Shown: positions 17,296 to 29,300, counted from the stretch's first letter. The stretch: DNA of 64,000 nt from an uncultured virus (IMG/VR IMGVR_UViG_3300003690_003362) (IMGVR_UViG_3300003690_003362); one strand, 5' to 3'. Numbers and translations: made by a program. The notes: a model not told the origin generated them from the letters alone.

Positions 17296-20200
17296 TTAAT
17301 TCCCTGCTACTTCTTTAGGTGTCTCTCTGCAGCCAAATGAATCCCATTTACAATCAAGGGTAGTTTGATGAATAACTGAATTGCCCTCTATTACCGAATG
17401 AGTCACACCAACAACGGTATAAAATCCACCAATACCTAAAGCTTCCCATTTAGCAAATTCTGCACCGTCTCTAGTTGGGTCAACAAAAACTTTCATTCCA
17501 GGTTGAAATATGCCATTTCCATACATTGTGCAATTAAATCTATAAATATCACGCAATCCTAATCCTCCAGTTCTGGTTAATTGACTTTGTACGCGAGCTT
17601 CTCTTAAATGTTTTATACTTTCTCTTGAAAACGCACTTTGCAAAAGAGTAGAAGGAAGCCTCCCTACATGTAAATAATAAATGCCATCTTTTATATTCTT
17701 TTCTTCTTCTAGTGGGTTTCTAAAATCTGCAGAATAATTGTTTATGTAAATAAGCATGTAATTAAATTGTTTCGCTATTGGAACAGCGGGCGAGATATTT
17801 GTTAAGTCGTTAACGCTTTTTCCTCGAAACCAGGGAAGCGGTGAATTTATTTGAGTATTGCCCACTTTTTGATAAAACTTACTTCCACGTATTTCTACCC
17901 GGCTGGCGCCACCGGTGGCAATATCAGGATTAGTATTAATACTGCCTACATGTTTTTTTGGATAAAATGGTGGTTCTGGAGTCATTTCTGAAGTAAAAGA
18001 AGAAACTCCCAATATGTAGCTAGGTTCGAAGCCTTCGGGGCCGTCGACGCATCTAGAACCAAGGGCAGGTAATATTAAATCAGTAATTAAATCTTTAATA
18101 AAATCTCCGAGCATATAACTTTGTTTATCTTTGACTATAACCTTTTTGATCCAAAAGCCCATAAGCATTCTTAAAGATATTGGTATATCTGCTATGCTCA
18201 TGTGCGATGTGAGAGTATTATTTCCGCCACGTTGTCTTTGTTTTATTGGACCTAAAATAATACCTATTCTTTTAGGATATATACCTAAAGAGGGTCCATC
18301 TTTGCCAGTCCGTGTTCCAAGCGTAATGGCGGTATCAATCACATCTCCCAAAGTAGTAAAATAGACGCCGGGTTTCTTGTTGGATATTTTAATAGATCCG
18401 ACGCCGCGGCGGTTTGAGGCAGAGGGGTTAGATAAAAGTTTTTTTTCTATTTCTTGCGAAGTTCTGTTTTTGGCGAGCATGCCGTCAATTAGTTTTTCAT
18501 CTGCACTATAAGGATTGCCTGATGCCGTCGCGCCTGTTGTTACTCCGGCTTCCTGGTCCTCGGGGCCTAATATTAATATGTCCCCTGGTTTAAGCACGCG
18601 TGTTTGGGCGGTTTCTGCTCCTCGTCGTTCCGCCACTTTAGCAGGATCCTCCAGAACTAGTCCCTTAAAACCAGTGGGTGCACTACCGGGCTTTACATCT
18701 ACACCTAGTGTTGTAAAAGGCGTCTGTATTTTATACATACGATGGTCTTTATATAACTCCTCAAAAAGTTTACCATATGCAACTTGAATATTTCGCCTTC
18801 GACGGAAACTAAGTGTTTTGATAAGATTTTCTTCTGCTTCTCTAAAAATTCGCTTCATTAAATCAGTTCCCCCAGGTTGTTTATCTCCCTCAACGTTACT
18901 ATATACGTTATCGTTTAGCCAGGGAGAGTTCAATGGGCCGGGTTTGCCGTTGACGTCATCGGGATCTTGGCCAGCCTGGAGCTGAGCTGGAGGTTCCCCA
19001 GTATAATCCGGCTTTCCTCCTTTTAGTTGGCCCGACGCCGCCTTGGATGCGAGTTTTGCCTTTGCGCGTGAAGGAATCAGAGCATTGGAATCGGTGATGC
19101 CGGTATTTCCTGCGAAGTAAACCATTTGTGGATCTCTGATCATCCAAGTTCTATCTGGTAAATTTTGATCAACAAGAGCCCTGGCTTCGTTATACCTTCT
19201 TTGGAAGGGAGATTCCCCCATTTCTGCGCTAAACATTTCTTCAAAAGTAATATTTTCGTCTTGAATCCTTGATAATAAACGCCTTATTTCTCGGAGATTG
19301 AGTAACAAATCCTCCAAACCGTCTTCTTTATCAGCGAATAAATCCAGATCATTTCCAAGAAAACTATTTTCAAGATATGCTGCATAATTAAAACTAATCT
19401 GTAAGCTAGGATCTGCTGGGCCAGAATTGCCGCTATATTGAACAACATGATTTTTAAGTTGCAATCTCATGGAAATTGCAGAATTTCTAAAAAAACTTTT
19501 TAATGATTCTCTATCTTCGAATGAAAAATCATGTATTATATTATTATCTCCGGCCAGACGAACCATGTCCCAATTAATACTATCCGGGTCATATCTTACA
19601 ACTAGTTGTATTTCAAAGTGTTTTTCCACAGCGGTTGGACTATATTTTTGTTCACTAAACTCATTAAAAATTGCGCTTGGGTTGTCACACGTTCTTCTAG
19701 GAGGGGTTGCATTAAAAGAGGTTCCGGGGGATTCTTCTGCTCCTTTTCCCAGTGCGCTAGTATATTTCGCTGTATGAGAAATCAAATCTACAAAAGAAAA
19801 TTTTATATTTTCGGAGCTACTAGGATCAGGATGACCCGCTTCAAATGTGTGAAAAAACACATTAGATGAAGAAAAGTTTATTGTAAAACTAACGTCTTCC
19901 AAAGTATTTAATAAAGCAACGTTCTGACCTGTTTGTTTAAACTTAATATTAGTTATCATTGCATTACCTAAAATATCGTGTGGCCTAAATATTTCTTCTA
20001 TTGACGCCAGATTTCTTTTTTCATTAGGATTGTTTGTTTCAGTTGTAAAGTTGTTTTCAAATTTAATTTGTTCTCCCAAAGGCATTTTAATTTTGAAAGA
20101 TCGATCATTAGTATCGGCTGGATATTTTAAATCAGGAAACACTTTATACAACTCTACTATTGGTTTAAGTTGAGATAAAATAGATGAATCAAGCTTAAAA

Positions 20201-20487
20201 AATAAATGGGCACCATCATAAGCGTTTATTTTATTTATAAGAGTTTCCGGACCTTCATCTTTACCTGAATACCAAGAAATAACATGATCATTATCTAGTG
20301 CATAGCGCTCTCCTACTTGTTTTGTTTCTAACAAATCAAATATTGTTTCACGCCAAAGGCTTAAAAAGCATTGTTCTTGAAAAGCATAATTCTTTGCTTT
20401 TTCAATAGTTTCCGCGCGGAGTTTGGCTCTTTTATCCTGTGCAGAGCGCTCTTCGCTGCTCAGTCCCTGAGTGCTGAATCTTCCCAT
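17296..20487 (-). CDS. Large baseplate hub-like protein
   Basis: Position after LysM gene; C-terminal GNGIFQPGMKVFV..LGIGGFYTVVGVTH resembles hub (gp27/VgrG-like) C-termini. Confidence 0.55.
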   Translation of the reverse strand: MGRFSTQGLSSEERSAQDKRAKLRAETIEKAKNYAFQEQCFLSLWRETIFDLLETKQVGERYALDNDHVISWYSGKDEGPETLINKINAYDGAHLFFKLDSSILSQLKPIVELYKVFPDLKYPADTNDRSFKIKMPLGEQIKFENNFTTETNNPNEKRNLASIEEIFRPHDILGNAMITNIKFKQTGQNVALLNTLEDVSFTINFSSSNVFFHTFEAGHPDPSSSENIKFSFVDLISHTAKYTSALGKGAEESPGTSFNATPPRRTCDNPSAIFNEFSEQKYSPTAVEKHFEIQLVVRYDPDSINWDMVRLAGDNNIIHDFSFEDRESLKSFFRNSAISMRLQLKNHVVQYSGNSGPADPSLQISFNYAAYLENSFLGNDLDLFADKEDGLEDLLLNLREIRRLLSRIQDENITFEEMFSAEMGESPFQRRYNEARALVDQNLPDRTWMIRDPQMVYFAGNTGITDSNALIPSRAKAKLASKAASGQLKGGKPDYTGEPPAQLQAGQDPDDVNGKPGPLNSPWLNDNVYSNVEGDKQPGGTDLMKRIFREAEENLIKTLSFRRRRNIQVAYGKLFEELYKDHRMYKIQTPFTTLGVDVKPGSAPTGFKGLVLEDPAKVAERRGAETAQTRVLKPGDILILGPEDQEAGVTTGATASGNPYSADEKLIDGMLAKNRTSQEIEKKLLSNPSASNRRGVGSIKISNKKPGVYFTTLGDVIDTAITLGTRTGKDGPSLGIYPKRIGIILGPIKQRQRGGNNTLTSHMSIADIPISLRMLMGFWIKKVIVKDKQSYMLGDFIKDLITDLILPALGSRCVDGPEGFEPSYILGVSSFTSEMTPEPPFYPKKHVGSINTNPDIATGGASRVEIRGSKFYQKVGNTQINSPLPWFRGKSVNDLTNISPAVPIAKQFNYMLIYINNYSADFRNPLEEEKNIKDGIYYLHVGRLPSTLLQSAFSRESIKHLREARVQSQLTRTGGLGLRDIYRFNCTMYGNGIFQPGMKVFVDPTRDGAEFAKWEALGIGGFYTVVGVTHSVIEGNSVIHQTTLDCKWDSFGCRETPKEVAGN

Positions 20488-20825
20488 TAATAATATACTC
20501 CATAAATTTTAAGTATTTCTTCTAAGGGCATAGGGATAAAAACTATATCACCAATATTGGCGTGAGATTCAGTTGGTATTTTATTAAACCAGGCAATTGT
20601 CCACCACAATTTTGGGTCATTATAGTGCTTGGCGGCAAGTTTATAAAACTTATCTCCTATTTTCCAAATATGTCTTATTGTGTCTATGTTTTTCAGCTGA
20701 TGGACTGTTGCATGATTCATTTTTGGAGTACCATAGTGCTTAATTTTCTGGACGTTTCTATTTTCAAACTGTTCTGAATATAATTCTTCATTGTTTAAAA
20801 ATAGTTTTCTTGTTTTATATCTCAT
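20487..20825 (-). CDS. LysM-domain baseplate protein (gp53/tail-X-like)
   Basis: HIWKIGDKFYKLAAKHYNDPKLWWTIAWFN..GDIVFIP. Confidence 0.8.
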   Translation of the reverse strand: MRYKTRKLFLNNEELYSEQFENRNVQKIKHYGTPKMNHATVHQLKNIDTIRHIWKIGDKFYKLAAKHYNDPKLWWTIAWFNKIPTESHANIGDIVFIPMPLEEILKIYGVYY

Positions 20826-20849
20826 AATACAAACTTCTCCTCAAAAAAA

Positions 20850-21671
20850 TTAGTCATTTAGCATCTTATATGTTGCTTTATTAATAACATCAGTAACTAC
20901 ACTATTTGGCGCCAGATCTCCGATCACACCACCGCCAAGTATTAGCCCCGGTTTATCAATTTTTACTCCATGTGGCCATCCACCACCGTCTTTCCATCGC
21001 CCTTCGCGGCCTATAATCGAATCGTGTACCTGATATCCGAATGTATCTCTTATTTCTATGGGTGTAAATGTTATATCAATATCAATTAATTTTGGAATTA
21101 TATAGCTTTGTTTGTCATCTCGGAAAACTTCTGCACCTGCTCCAAATTTATTAAACCCGCTCTTTGTGTTAATAAAAACTCCTTCTGCTAGATTAGGCAC
21201 AAAAACAAATCCCATTATATAGCCTGGCAATGGGGCTCCATCAGTGTTTTGAATTAAATTGGCAAATTTAATAGCCATAAAACTAGATTTAAGATTATAT
21301 GTACTTCCTCTTGGTTCCATTGCTGGGTACATACTCTCAGCTAAAAAAGAGCACTTTCTCATATTAAGAATTGCTTCTTTTTCAGAATATGCTGGCACAG
21401 AAAACTGAAATTGTATTGTTCGCTTAGGGGAAACTTGATGTGCAACGGGAGAAGATTGATTTGGGAATTGTTGTTCGCTCCAGCCTGGATTAAATGAATC
21501 TCTAAATCCTTTTAAAAATGCCTTAAAATCAACAGCTGATTGAGATCCGCCTCTAATGGCTTCAAATGCGGTGCCGTGATCGTGGCCTGAATGAATGTGT
21601 GCAGCGTTCAAATTAATAAATCGTATTGTTCCCCAGGTTGTTTCATACGCTTGATCTGTATAGTCTGACAC
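20850..21671 (-). CDS. Tail tube initiator / baseplate protein
   Basis: Directly after tape measure; FKAFL..DSFNPGW, RTIQFQF, MYP pattern of tube-initiator proteins. Confidence 0.55.
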   Translation of the reverse strand: MSDYTDQAYETTWGTIRFINLNAAHIHSGHDHGTAFEAIRGGSQSAVDFKAFLKGFRDSFNPGWSEQQFPNQSSPVAHQVSPKRTIQFQFSVPAYSEKEAILNMRKCSFLAESMYPAMEPRGSTYNLKSSFMAIKFANLIQNTDGAPLPGYIMGFVFVPNLAEGVFINTKSGFNKFGAGAEVFRDDKQSYIIPKLIDIDITFTPIEIRDTFGYQVHDSIIGREGRWKDGGGWPHGVKIDKPGLILGGGVIGDLAPNSVVTDVINKATYKMLND

Positions 21672-21685
21672 TTGTTATTCCTCCT

Positions 21686-24112
21686 TTAGGCTGATCTCAC
21701 TCTATTACTAACCATTCTGTTTGTAATGTCTTCTACTGTGCGCTCAATAAGATGGCCACCAATTTGGAATTGCACTCTATCAGTAATAAAAACACCTCTA
21801 CCTGGACCTTGGGCGGCTCCTCCGCCAGGAGCAGGAGCAGCTGCTTGGGCCCTTACAACTGCGGCGCCTTGCGCAGCAAAAGCAGAAGCAGCGCGAGCAG
21901 TTGCCGCTGGGCCCAAAGCTCCTGCATAACGTGATTCTCTTATTACATTAGTAACTGCTACAACATTTTCTTTTGGAAGATCTTTTAAGGCATATCCCAT
22001 TTGACCAATTGCGTTTCCAAAACTAGTAATCTTCTTAACATCTAAACCTGCAACTGGTGATCTCATTGCACTCAGATCTACACTTAGTCTTTTCAAAGCT
22101 CGGGAAGAAGATCCTGCACTAGAAGCCATTTGTTGGAATCCGCTAGCCATAATAGAAGGAATTTGATAAATGGGAGGTGATTCTTTTTTATTCATTGTCA
22201 ACGCAAAGAGACCCACTGCGCCAATGAGAAGACCAAACATAGGAAGGGCGGACATGGCACCAACGCGTATCGCGGCGAAACCGGATACCATCTTACCTTG
22301 GGCTGCTGCAGCTATCCGTGTTTGCACAGCATATGATATTGTGTTGGTTACTAACCCTAATAATACTTTTGCTCCTATTAATCCTATGGGGCCAAATCTA
22401 TCTAACGCCCTCATAAATATTTTTACAGCTGGCATCACGGTCTTAGCCAATGTTTTACCAAATCGATCGGCAAAACGGGCTAATCGGTCCATTATTGGAG
22501 TTAATTTGCTAGCTGACATAATTAATTGGCGTTGTGCTTCATCTTGTTTTTCTTGATTCTTTGTTAATTCATCAACTTTAGCCATGTTTCCTTGGAAAAA
22601 GGCTGCGGCTACAGCCAAACTTTGGAAGCCTGCTGCTGCAGCAAACGCTTTTCGTTCAAATCTACCAAGTGATTCCCAACTTCTATTTGTGGCGTCCAAA
22701 GTTCCTCGTAACAAACGTAGTCTTTCTTCTTCTGATGCGTTTAACATTTGAACTGAATTGAGGTATGGGCCTCCTAAAATAGCATTAAGTTTAGCTGTAG
22801 AGTCTGCAGCGCTCTCGAAAGTATCGAATCGATCAGCAACAGAAACTAATCTTTGCATTTCGATTCCAGTCGCTTTTGACATTGCTGAAAGTTCTTGAAA
22901 AACTTTAATGGCTCTAGGACCAGAATATTGAGCTAATGTATCTAAAGAACTAATATAATTTTTGACCATTCTGGCGGGAACTTCGCCAATTGCTATTGCA
23001 GAATTATATAATCTGCTCATCGCTGCAGTGGCAGTATCGCCAAATATTCTTGTAGATTTTTCAACAACAGTCGCAAAGTCATCAAAATTAATACCGACGC
23101 GATTCGCAGCTAAAGCTAACCTAGATAATTCAAGCTGGCTTCCGGGAAGATTCTCACTAAAAGCTCTATAATTGGAGTATAAGGAAGCAGTAGCCTGTGA
23201 TAATTCTTGCATAGAGCCTGCCATTCTTTGAATTTCACGATCATCCCAAGCTTCAGATAATCCTTCTGCAAATTCTTCTCCCGCACCCGAGGCTCTTCGC
23301 AAAGAGATTTCACTTTGATCAATTGTTTGAACCATCTTAATGGTAGTTTCTTGAATCTTCATTAAGGAAGAACCAACAACATTGCCAAATGAACTAGCAC
23401 CAGCAAGGGCAGCGTTAAAACTCGTCGCAGCAGACATAAGTGCTTGGCCTGATTTCTCGGCATTGCTTATGGCTGCAATGGACTCGCTAAGGGCGCCGAA
23501 GAATGTTTTTCGCCATTTGTTGTCTAACCCCATTAAGGTTGACATTGTTTGTTGGACGGCGCCGCTTAATTCTTCTTGAGCGGTAAGTGATCGAAGTTGG
23601 GCGCCAACAGTTTTAATATATTCATCTTTGGCCTTGCCTTGAAGTTCAACCCCTTGTGCCTTCAGATTATTTATGTCAGCTTCTTTAGATGCGATTTTTT
23701 GTGCAAGCACGGCGAATTCGCGTTGGTTCTGTTCGGTCTTCTCGCCCAGGTTGCCTCGGGCCTTCTCTAGTTTCTTTAGGCTGTCCTCCTCGCTTTTCAG
23801 AGAGGCTGCGCGTTGTGCATCTGTTTGCGTTAACATTTGCATTTGGGTAGTTAAATCGCGTTTTTGTGCAGCAATAATGGATTGGCGACGACTTGCAGCA
23901 TCTGTAAGCTTTCCTTCAGCTTCAAGTTGTTGCATTGTAAGTTGAAGTCTTTCCAGAGCTTCAGCCTTAGCCGCCTGGGCGCTAGCGATGGTCTTATCGC
24001 TCACACCGTCCATTTCTGTTACTAGGCGAAGAAGTTCATCATAAACCACTACAAGGGATTGAGCATTTTCTAGCCATGCCTTGCTATTTTTTACATCTTT
24101 GTTTTCAGCCAC
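21686..24112 (-). CDS. Tape measure protein
   Basis: 808 aa Ala-rich helical protein with hydrophobic segments; synteny after tube and chaperone. Confidence 0.8.
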   Translation of the reverse strand: MAENKDVKNSKAWLENAQSLVVVYDELLRLVTEMDGVSDKTIASAQAAKAEALERLQLTMQQLEAEGKLTDAASRRQSIIAAQKRDLTTQMQMLTQTDAQRAASLKSEEDSLKKLEKARGNLGEKTEQNQREFAVLAQKIASKEADINNLKAQGVELQGKAKDEYIKTVGAQLRSLTAQEELSGAVQQTMSTLMGLDNKWRKTFFGALSESIAAISNAEKSGQALMSAATSFNAALAGASSFGNVVGSSLMKIQETTIKMVQTIDQSEISLRRASGAGEEFAEGLSEAWDDREIQRMAGSMQELSQATASLYSNYRAFSENLPGSQLELSRLALAANRVGINFDDFATVVEKSTRIFGDTATAAMSRLYNSAIAIGEVPARMVKNYISSLDTLAQYSGPRAIKVFQELSAMSKATGIEMQRLVSVADRFDTFESAADSTAKLNAILGGPYLNSVQMLNASEEERLRLLRGTLDATNRSWESLGRFERKAFAAAAGFQSLAVAAAFFQGNMAKVDELTKNQEKQDEAQRQLIMSASKLTPIMDRLARFADRFGKTLAKTVMPAVKIFMRALDRFGPIGLIGAKVLLGLVTNTISYAVQTRIAAAAQGKMVSGFAAIRVGAMSALPMFGLLIGAVGLFALTMNKKESPPIYQIPSIMASGFQQMASSAGSSSRALKRLSVDLSAMRSPVAGLDVKKITSFGNAIGQMGYALKDLPKENVVAVTNVIRESRYAGALGPAATARAASAFAAQGAAVVRAQAAAPAPGGGAAQGPGRGVFITDRVQFQIGGHLIERTVEDITNRMVSNRVRSA

Positions 24113-24126
24113 TTACTTATTATCTC

Positions 24127-24570
24127 CTAGTTGAAAGGCCACACAATTCCAGTTATGTCTTCAAAGTCTGCAATTGCATCATTGAGTGCATGACGGGCAT
24201 CTAAAACACGTTCATCATCTAAACCAAACTTTAAATAAAGATCCATGTAATTATATTCTGCTAATAAAGTATCTAAAAATACTTCTATCTCTTCATCAGT
24301 TCCTTTAACCTTAATAAAGTTTTTACTGATAGCTTCTTGATCGGGAGGGATTAATCCTGGTTGAGCACCAGATTGAACTTGTGCGGGTGCATCTGGTCCT
24401 AGCACATCTTCTTGTTCTGCCAAAGCTTGTTGTAGTTCTTCTGGTGTGGGCAATTTACCAAACATCCTTCTTAGGATTTCTTTAAGAGTGCCCCCAAGCA
24501 TGCTTAAAAAGCTTTCTTTTAGTAAATTATTGCGATAATTGTAAAAATTAATTTCTATTGGTACTAACAT
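24127..24570 (-). CDS. Hypothetical protein
   Basis: 147-aa ORF with AAGGAG RBS and late-type motif at 24596-24605. Confidence 0.55.
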   Translation of the reverse strand: MLVPIEINFYNYRNNLLKESFLSMLGGTLKEILRRMFGKLPTPEELQQALAEQEDVLGPDAPAQVQSGAQPGLIPPDQEAISKNFIKVKGTDEEIEVFLDTLLAEYNYMDLYLKFGLDDERVLDARHALNDAIADFEDITGIVWPFN

Positions 24571-24629
24571 AGACGTACTTCTCCTTCGATATATAATAAA
24601 TAGTTAAATTAAAGAAAATAGGATGGGAG

Positions 24630-24837
24630 TTATGAAGAGGATGACTTATTATTTTTTTGAATTGTGTCATATTCTTCTTTTTCTTGTTCAAACTGTTTTG
24701 CTAGACGCTTTATAAACCAATTTCTTAAAGCTACAGGAAGATTATAAGCTTCAGTTAAGCTCCAGCCGCCATGATATTTCAACAAGAAGAAGTGTTCATA
24801 CACTTGTTCCATGTATTCACTATCGAGGCCAAAAAAA
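24630..24837 (-). CDS. Tail assembly chaperone C-terminal part (probable frameshift extension, or separate start MEQVY)
   Basis: FFGLDSEY..LKYHGGWSLTEAYNLPVALRNWF overlapping the end of the upstream ORF at a T7 run. Confidence 0.6.
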
Positions 24838-25674
24838 GTCCGTCGTAAACGGAACCTCCAGTTTTGTCTCTGAGATACAATATTTGCAGACAAAGTTTTG
24901 GGTTAAATCAATATTTGGAACAAGTTTCACGTACTCTGTTCTTAAATATCTAGAATCTTTAGCTGGCATCTCATCTATAAAGTCTGCCAGTTCCGATCTG
25001 TCCACTACACCATTTGCTGAAACTATAAAAGCTTTCATCTGATCTGTAAGAGAAGTATCTTTTAAGTTGCGTTTTCTTTTTCTCTCGGCTGATTCTATCA
25101 ATCTTTTTTCGTCCGCAGTAGTTAAAAACTTAACCTCCACTTTGATTTTGCTAACTGGCAGAATGATCAAACAGTTTGCTTGATTTAATACTTCAGCGTC
25201 TGTGTCTTCATCATTTGCAGTTTGCCATTTAACATTATTCAAATCAAAATCATATTGTGATGTTTGCGCACATATAGGACATGTGACAGAAGTATTATAA
25301 ACATTTCCATAAGCGGAAATTCTTGCTGTCATCATAATAGCATTTTTGTCTCCAACTAATAAATCATTAGATTTGATTTGTTTATCTACTATAAGATTTT
25401 CTATTAATCTATCAATTGCAATTCCTTTTTGTAACAATGCTCTTGAAGTAAGTATATCTTCATCCTTTGCTGTCATCTGTCTTATTTCAATGTTGTCTAC
25501 ATTGTATAAAGGATGATCTTCAGAATAAAACTTTCCCTTTGAAGGGAGTTCTACAAAATCTGTGGGAACAACAAAGTTTAATAGACTTGTACTTCCAACT
25601 GGAGAGTTAGAAGTATTAGCTGGAGGAGTATCAGCAGTTTGAACTGCGCCGATACGGCCTTCATTATTTCTCAT
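24820..25674 (-). CDS. Baseplate hub assembly / tail assembly chaperone (T4 gp26-like)
   Basis: VELPSKG..Y, MTAKDEDIL, ARISAYG, CPIC and CKYC, ends PFTTDFFWP. Confidence 0.75.
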   Translation of the reverse strand: MRNNEGRIGAVQTADTPPANTSNSPVGSTSLLNFVVPTDFVELPSKGKFYSEDHPLYNVDNIEIRQMTAKDEDILTSRALLQKGIAIDRLIENLIVDKQIKSNDLLVGDKNAIMMTARISAYGNVYNTSVTCPICAQTSQYDFDLNNVKWQTANDEDTDAEVLNQANCLIILPVSKIKVEVKFLTTADEKRLIESAERKRKRNLKDTSLTDQMKAFIVSANGVVDRSELADFIDEMPAKDSRYLRTEYVKLVPNIDLTQNFVCKYCISETKLEVPFTTDFFWPR

Positions 25675-25700
25675 TTATCACCTCTTAAATTAAAATTAAA

Positions 25701-26300
25701 TTATCCTACGGGATCCTGGTTGATTCTTGATGGGAAATTATCGCTCTCTGGCACTTGACCAAAACGCTGCGTTTGGGCGGCGCCCGCTTTCGCATTATTT
25801 CTCGTCCAAACCTCTGCGAAATCAAAACGAAGCGTCAGACTGATGTTCATAATATCATCTCCATCATATGATAGATCACTAAACTTAATATCTTTGATCC
25901 ATGGGTTTTTTAAATCCCATCTTTCTAAATCTTCACCCTCTGGATCTACTTGACGAATCATCACACCTTTGAGAGTTTCAACAGATTTTTCCTTAGAAAT
26001 AGAGTGATATTTATTCATTGGCCCTCTAGGAAGTTGATAACCAGCAGATTCAATCATATGTAGAATAGTCATGCTAGCATCTGGTGTTACAGGATCCACC
26101 AATATCAGACTTACTGTACCCCAATCTAATCTACCAGGATAATAAAAAGTATGATTAAAAAATCTATGTGAGGTTTCTGAAATAGTAAGACTTGGCTTAG
26201 TAACAGATTTAATAATCCATTCATCCAAATTGTTAAAATTACATAACCAGCGATAAGATCGCTTAGTGTTTAATTTTGAAGCATCAGACCAAAATCCCAT
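25701..26300 (-). CDS. Tail tube protein (gp19-like)
   Basis: Follows sheath; KP..YYPGRLDW..W.LKNPWI..FSDLSY..LTLRFDFA. Confidence 0.85.
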   Translation of the reverse strand: MGFWSDASKLNTKRSYRWLCNFNNLDEWIIKSVTKPSLTISETSHRFFNHTFYYPGRLDWGTVSLILVDPVTPDASMTILHMIESAGYQLPRGPMNKYHSISKEKSVETLKGVMIRQVDPEGEDLERWDLKNPWIKDIKFSDLSYDGDDIMNISLTLRFDFAEVWTRNNAKAGAAQTQRFGQVPESDNFPSRINQDPVG

Positions 26301-26367
26301 TTTTTTGTTTCTCCTATTAAAACCTCTTTTCTACCAGTAATTAGTATCAAGAATCTTTTTTTACTTT

Positions 26368-29300
26368 CTAATCCTCAAATGATGCGCCGCTTCGTGTAAT
26401 AAAGAAGTCTAACGCAATGAATTCAATAGATCTTGCAGGTTTCAAGAAAACCTTAGCATATAAAATATTTCTATCTATTAAATCTGGAGTAGTTGTAGTT
26501 TCATCCAGAATAACTTTGTAATCTGTCAATCCAAGTCTATTTTTTACACTTGACAACAATGTTTCAACTTGACCTCTAAAAGCATTCCAAGTTACTTCAA
26601 CGTTTTGTTCAAATAGTGTAGTTGAAGCAATTCTTGAGACCTCTTTCTTTAAGAAGATTAGCAGTCTTCGAACATTAATTCTATCCAATGCTGATTGTTG
26701 TGATTGAAGAGTTTTCTGACCAAAGATTACAATACCCTCTGCTGGGAATTGTGCAATCGGATTAATTCCAACTTCATAAAGAGTGTCTCGTTGTTTTGAA
26801 GTCAATTGTTGATTAACTCCAGTTACACTCAGCCCTCCAGCCTGTGTAGCTGTTAATCCACCTCTGCTAAATCCTGCAGGGGCGAACCAAACTTCTTTTA
26901 CAGACTCGCTATAAGCCATTGCACCTAGTGCAACAACTGAAGGTGGTACCCACAACATACTAGCATCAAAGGTATCAACAACTTGTACCCATGGATAATA
27001 GCAACAACCATAGCTAGAGTTAATTTCTCTATCTTTTAATGCATTTGCAGCTTGATCGACATCTCCGACACGATTTGCTGCAGTACTAGTACTTTCTGTA
27101 TCTGGCGTATAATCGCCTTGAATATCAATGATTGCCAAAGTATCTCCGCGCTCTTCAGCGACATTCACCAGCCTGTTTGTAAGTTCAACGTTTGTAATTC
27201 CGGGCATTGTCATTAAGTTACACTCAACTCTTTCCGGGTCTTTTACAATATCCATGGATTTGTGGAGTGAATACATAGCATAGCTATTGGTTTCAGTTTT
27301 TCCAACAGTTAAAGCCTGGCCAGAACCGTGGCTAAAAGGTTCTCTTTCTTGAATATCCAAGCCATCGAAACCACCATACAGAACAGTTGTAAAACGATTG
27401 ATTCCGGCGGCTGAAGAAGTTAATAGTGCGTTGGGGCCATTGACTGCAGTATAAGATGTTTCGTCTTTTCGACTTCCGGAAACATAAGCAAATATTCCAT
27501 TGCTATCTTTTCGAATATCATCAAGAGTGAAGACCCAGGAATATTCAGCGCTAGTTTCGCCAGAAAAGTTTAAATTAGCAGTAGTTGTTTGATGAGATTT
27601 GGTTCTTAAAATATCAATATTACTTTTTTCAAACCTAGTTTCTGTGTCGCCATTTCGACTTACATCTGCTCCAAAATAAGCTTTTGTCTGGTCGATGATG
27701 CCGCCATGACTAGCTGATACGCGTAAAGGCACTTTTGGAAAATCGAAGGAAGCAGTGAAATCGAACTGTGGGCCAGTATATACTTCATTGTTTGCCGCGG
27801 CCCATTCAGCATCGTTGGATGCCAGGGTGCCCATCAGACCTTGGAATCTTTTATTGATACTGCTGCCTGCCTTAACAAATCGGTTATGCTCTGAAGCACC
27901 TAGTCCGTCATTAGAGGTGCTAATACCACCGCCGCCTGCGTGGGTTCCTGAAAGTACTGTGAATAACCTATATTTCGGAGGCCCAAATACACCAAAGGGA
28001 ATAAGTTCGCGCGAGTGAGCTTCAGATTCATTTACTTCTACTCTAATATATTTAGACTTATTGCGATAATCTCCTACTAGTTGATTTCTACGGTCGGTTG
28101 TATTAAAAGTAACTTCTTGAGTACCAATTTTCCTTCCAACATAGTTTGGAGAATTTGGATTTAAGTTACAATTAGAATATCTTTCAAGAGCATTTACCTT
28201 TTTATCATGATCTTTGATGTCTCTGATTTCGACAGTGAAAGAAGGCCAATTATCTAAATCTTTTGCTGGTCTAATATCTCTAAGAGAAATCTTGAGATTA
28301 CTATGATTCCATTCTGAACCGCCATCAATTGAAACAAACTTAAAAAGCTTTTTGGCTCTTTCCGTATTTTCAGGTTCAAAAGTGCTGGCAAACTCTAGAG
28401 AAACGACATCTTGAGAAATAAACCAGCCTGTTTCAGATGGAATAGCCTCTTTAGTTTGATCGTCATAACTATTATCTACTGTGGCGCCGTCGCCTTGTCC
28501 AAGGCCTAAAATAACGCCCCAAGAGCTATTAGCTGAAGAACTTAGCGCCAAATCATCAACTGCTCTTTCGTGTGTTTCACCTAACCAATAATTAGTAGTT
28601 GTTGAATGAACAGCGCTATTAACAAGAGTTGGGTTAGTATTAAAAACATTTCTAATATATTTTTCAGACTTTGGATTAAAATTGAATGAGGCTTCTTTTT
28701 GTACAACACCAGAAGAATTCTTAATAAGAGCTTTCCACTCATTGGCTGCAACATTTCCAATTAAAACCGAGGTGCCAGTAACAAAAGTTTCCGAGGCTGC
28801 TGCTCTCACTGCGCCAGACAATTCAATGAATCCTGTATCTAAGTACCAAACTGCAGCAAGTGTTCCTGTTACTGCGGCTTGAGAGTCCCCTGTCCCGGCG
28901 GTAAAAGCAACTGTCTCATCAATCATGTCAAAGCCCGAGACACTGGCTAGTGCAGACGTGAAACCTGCTACGCCGCGCGACGTCGTTGTAAGTGTAATTT
29001 TTGTAGTCGAGCCAGCTGTTAATGCCGCAGTTATACCTAGACTATCGGCGGCTTCTCCATTTCCAGAGGATGCATATGTGATGCGGGCGTCGGTTTCTCC
29101 ATTAATAGCATCGATAATGTATCCTGCGGCGAGGTCGTCGCTTTCGGATCCGTCGAAGGTACCAATCGTGATTTTATTAGCGGCGGCCGTCACAGCCGAG
29201 TTCTGATTTTCATCAAGTAAAATTGAAACAGCCGTGCCGCCTAGGCCGCCTACGGATGTTGTAAACGAAGCGTCCGCGTTGCTGTTGACATAGCCAGCTG

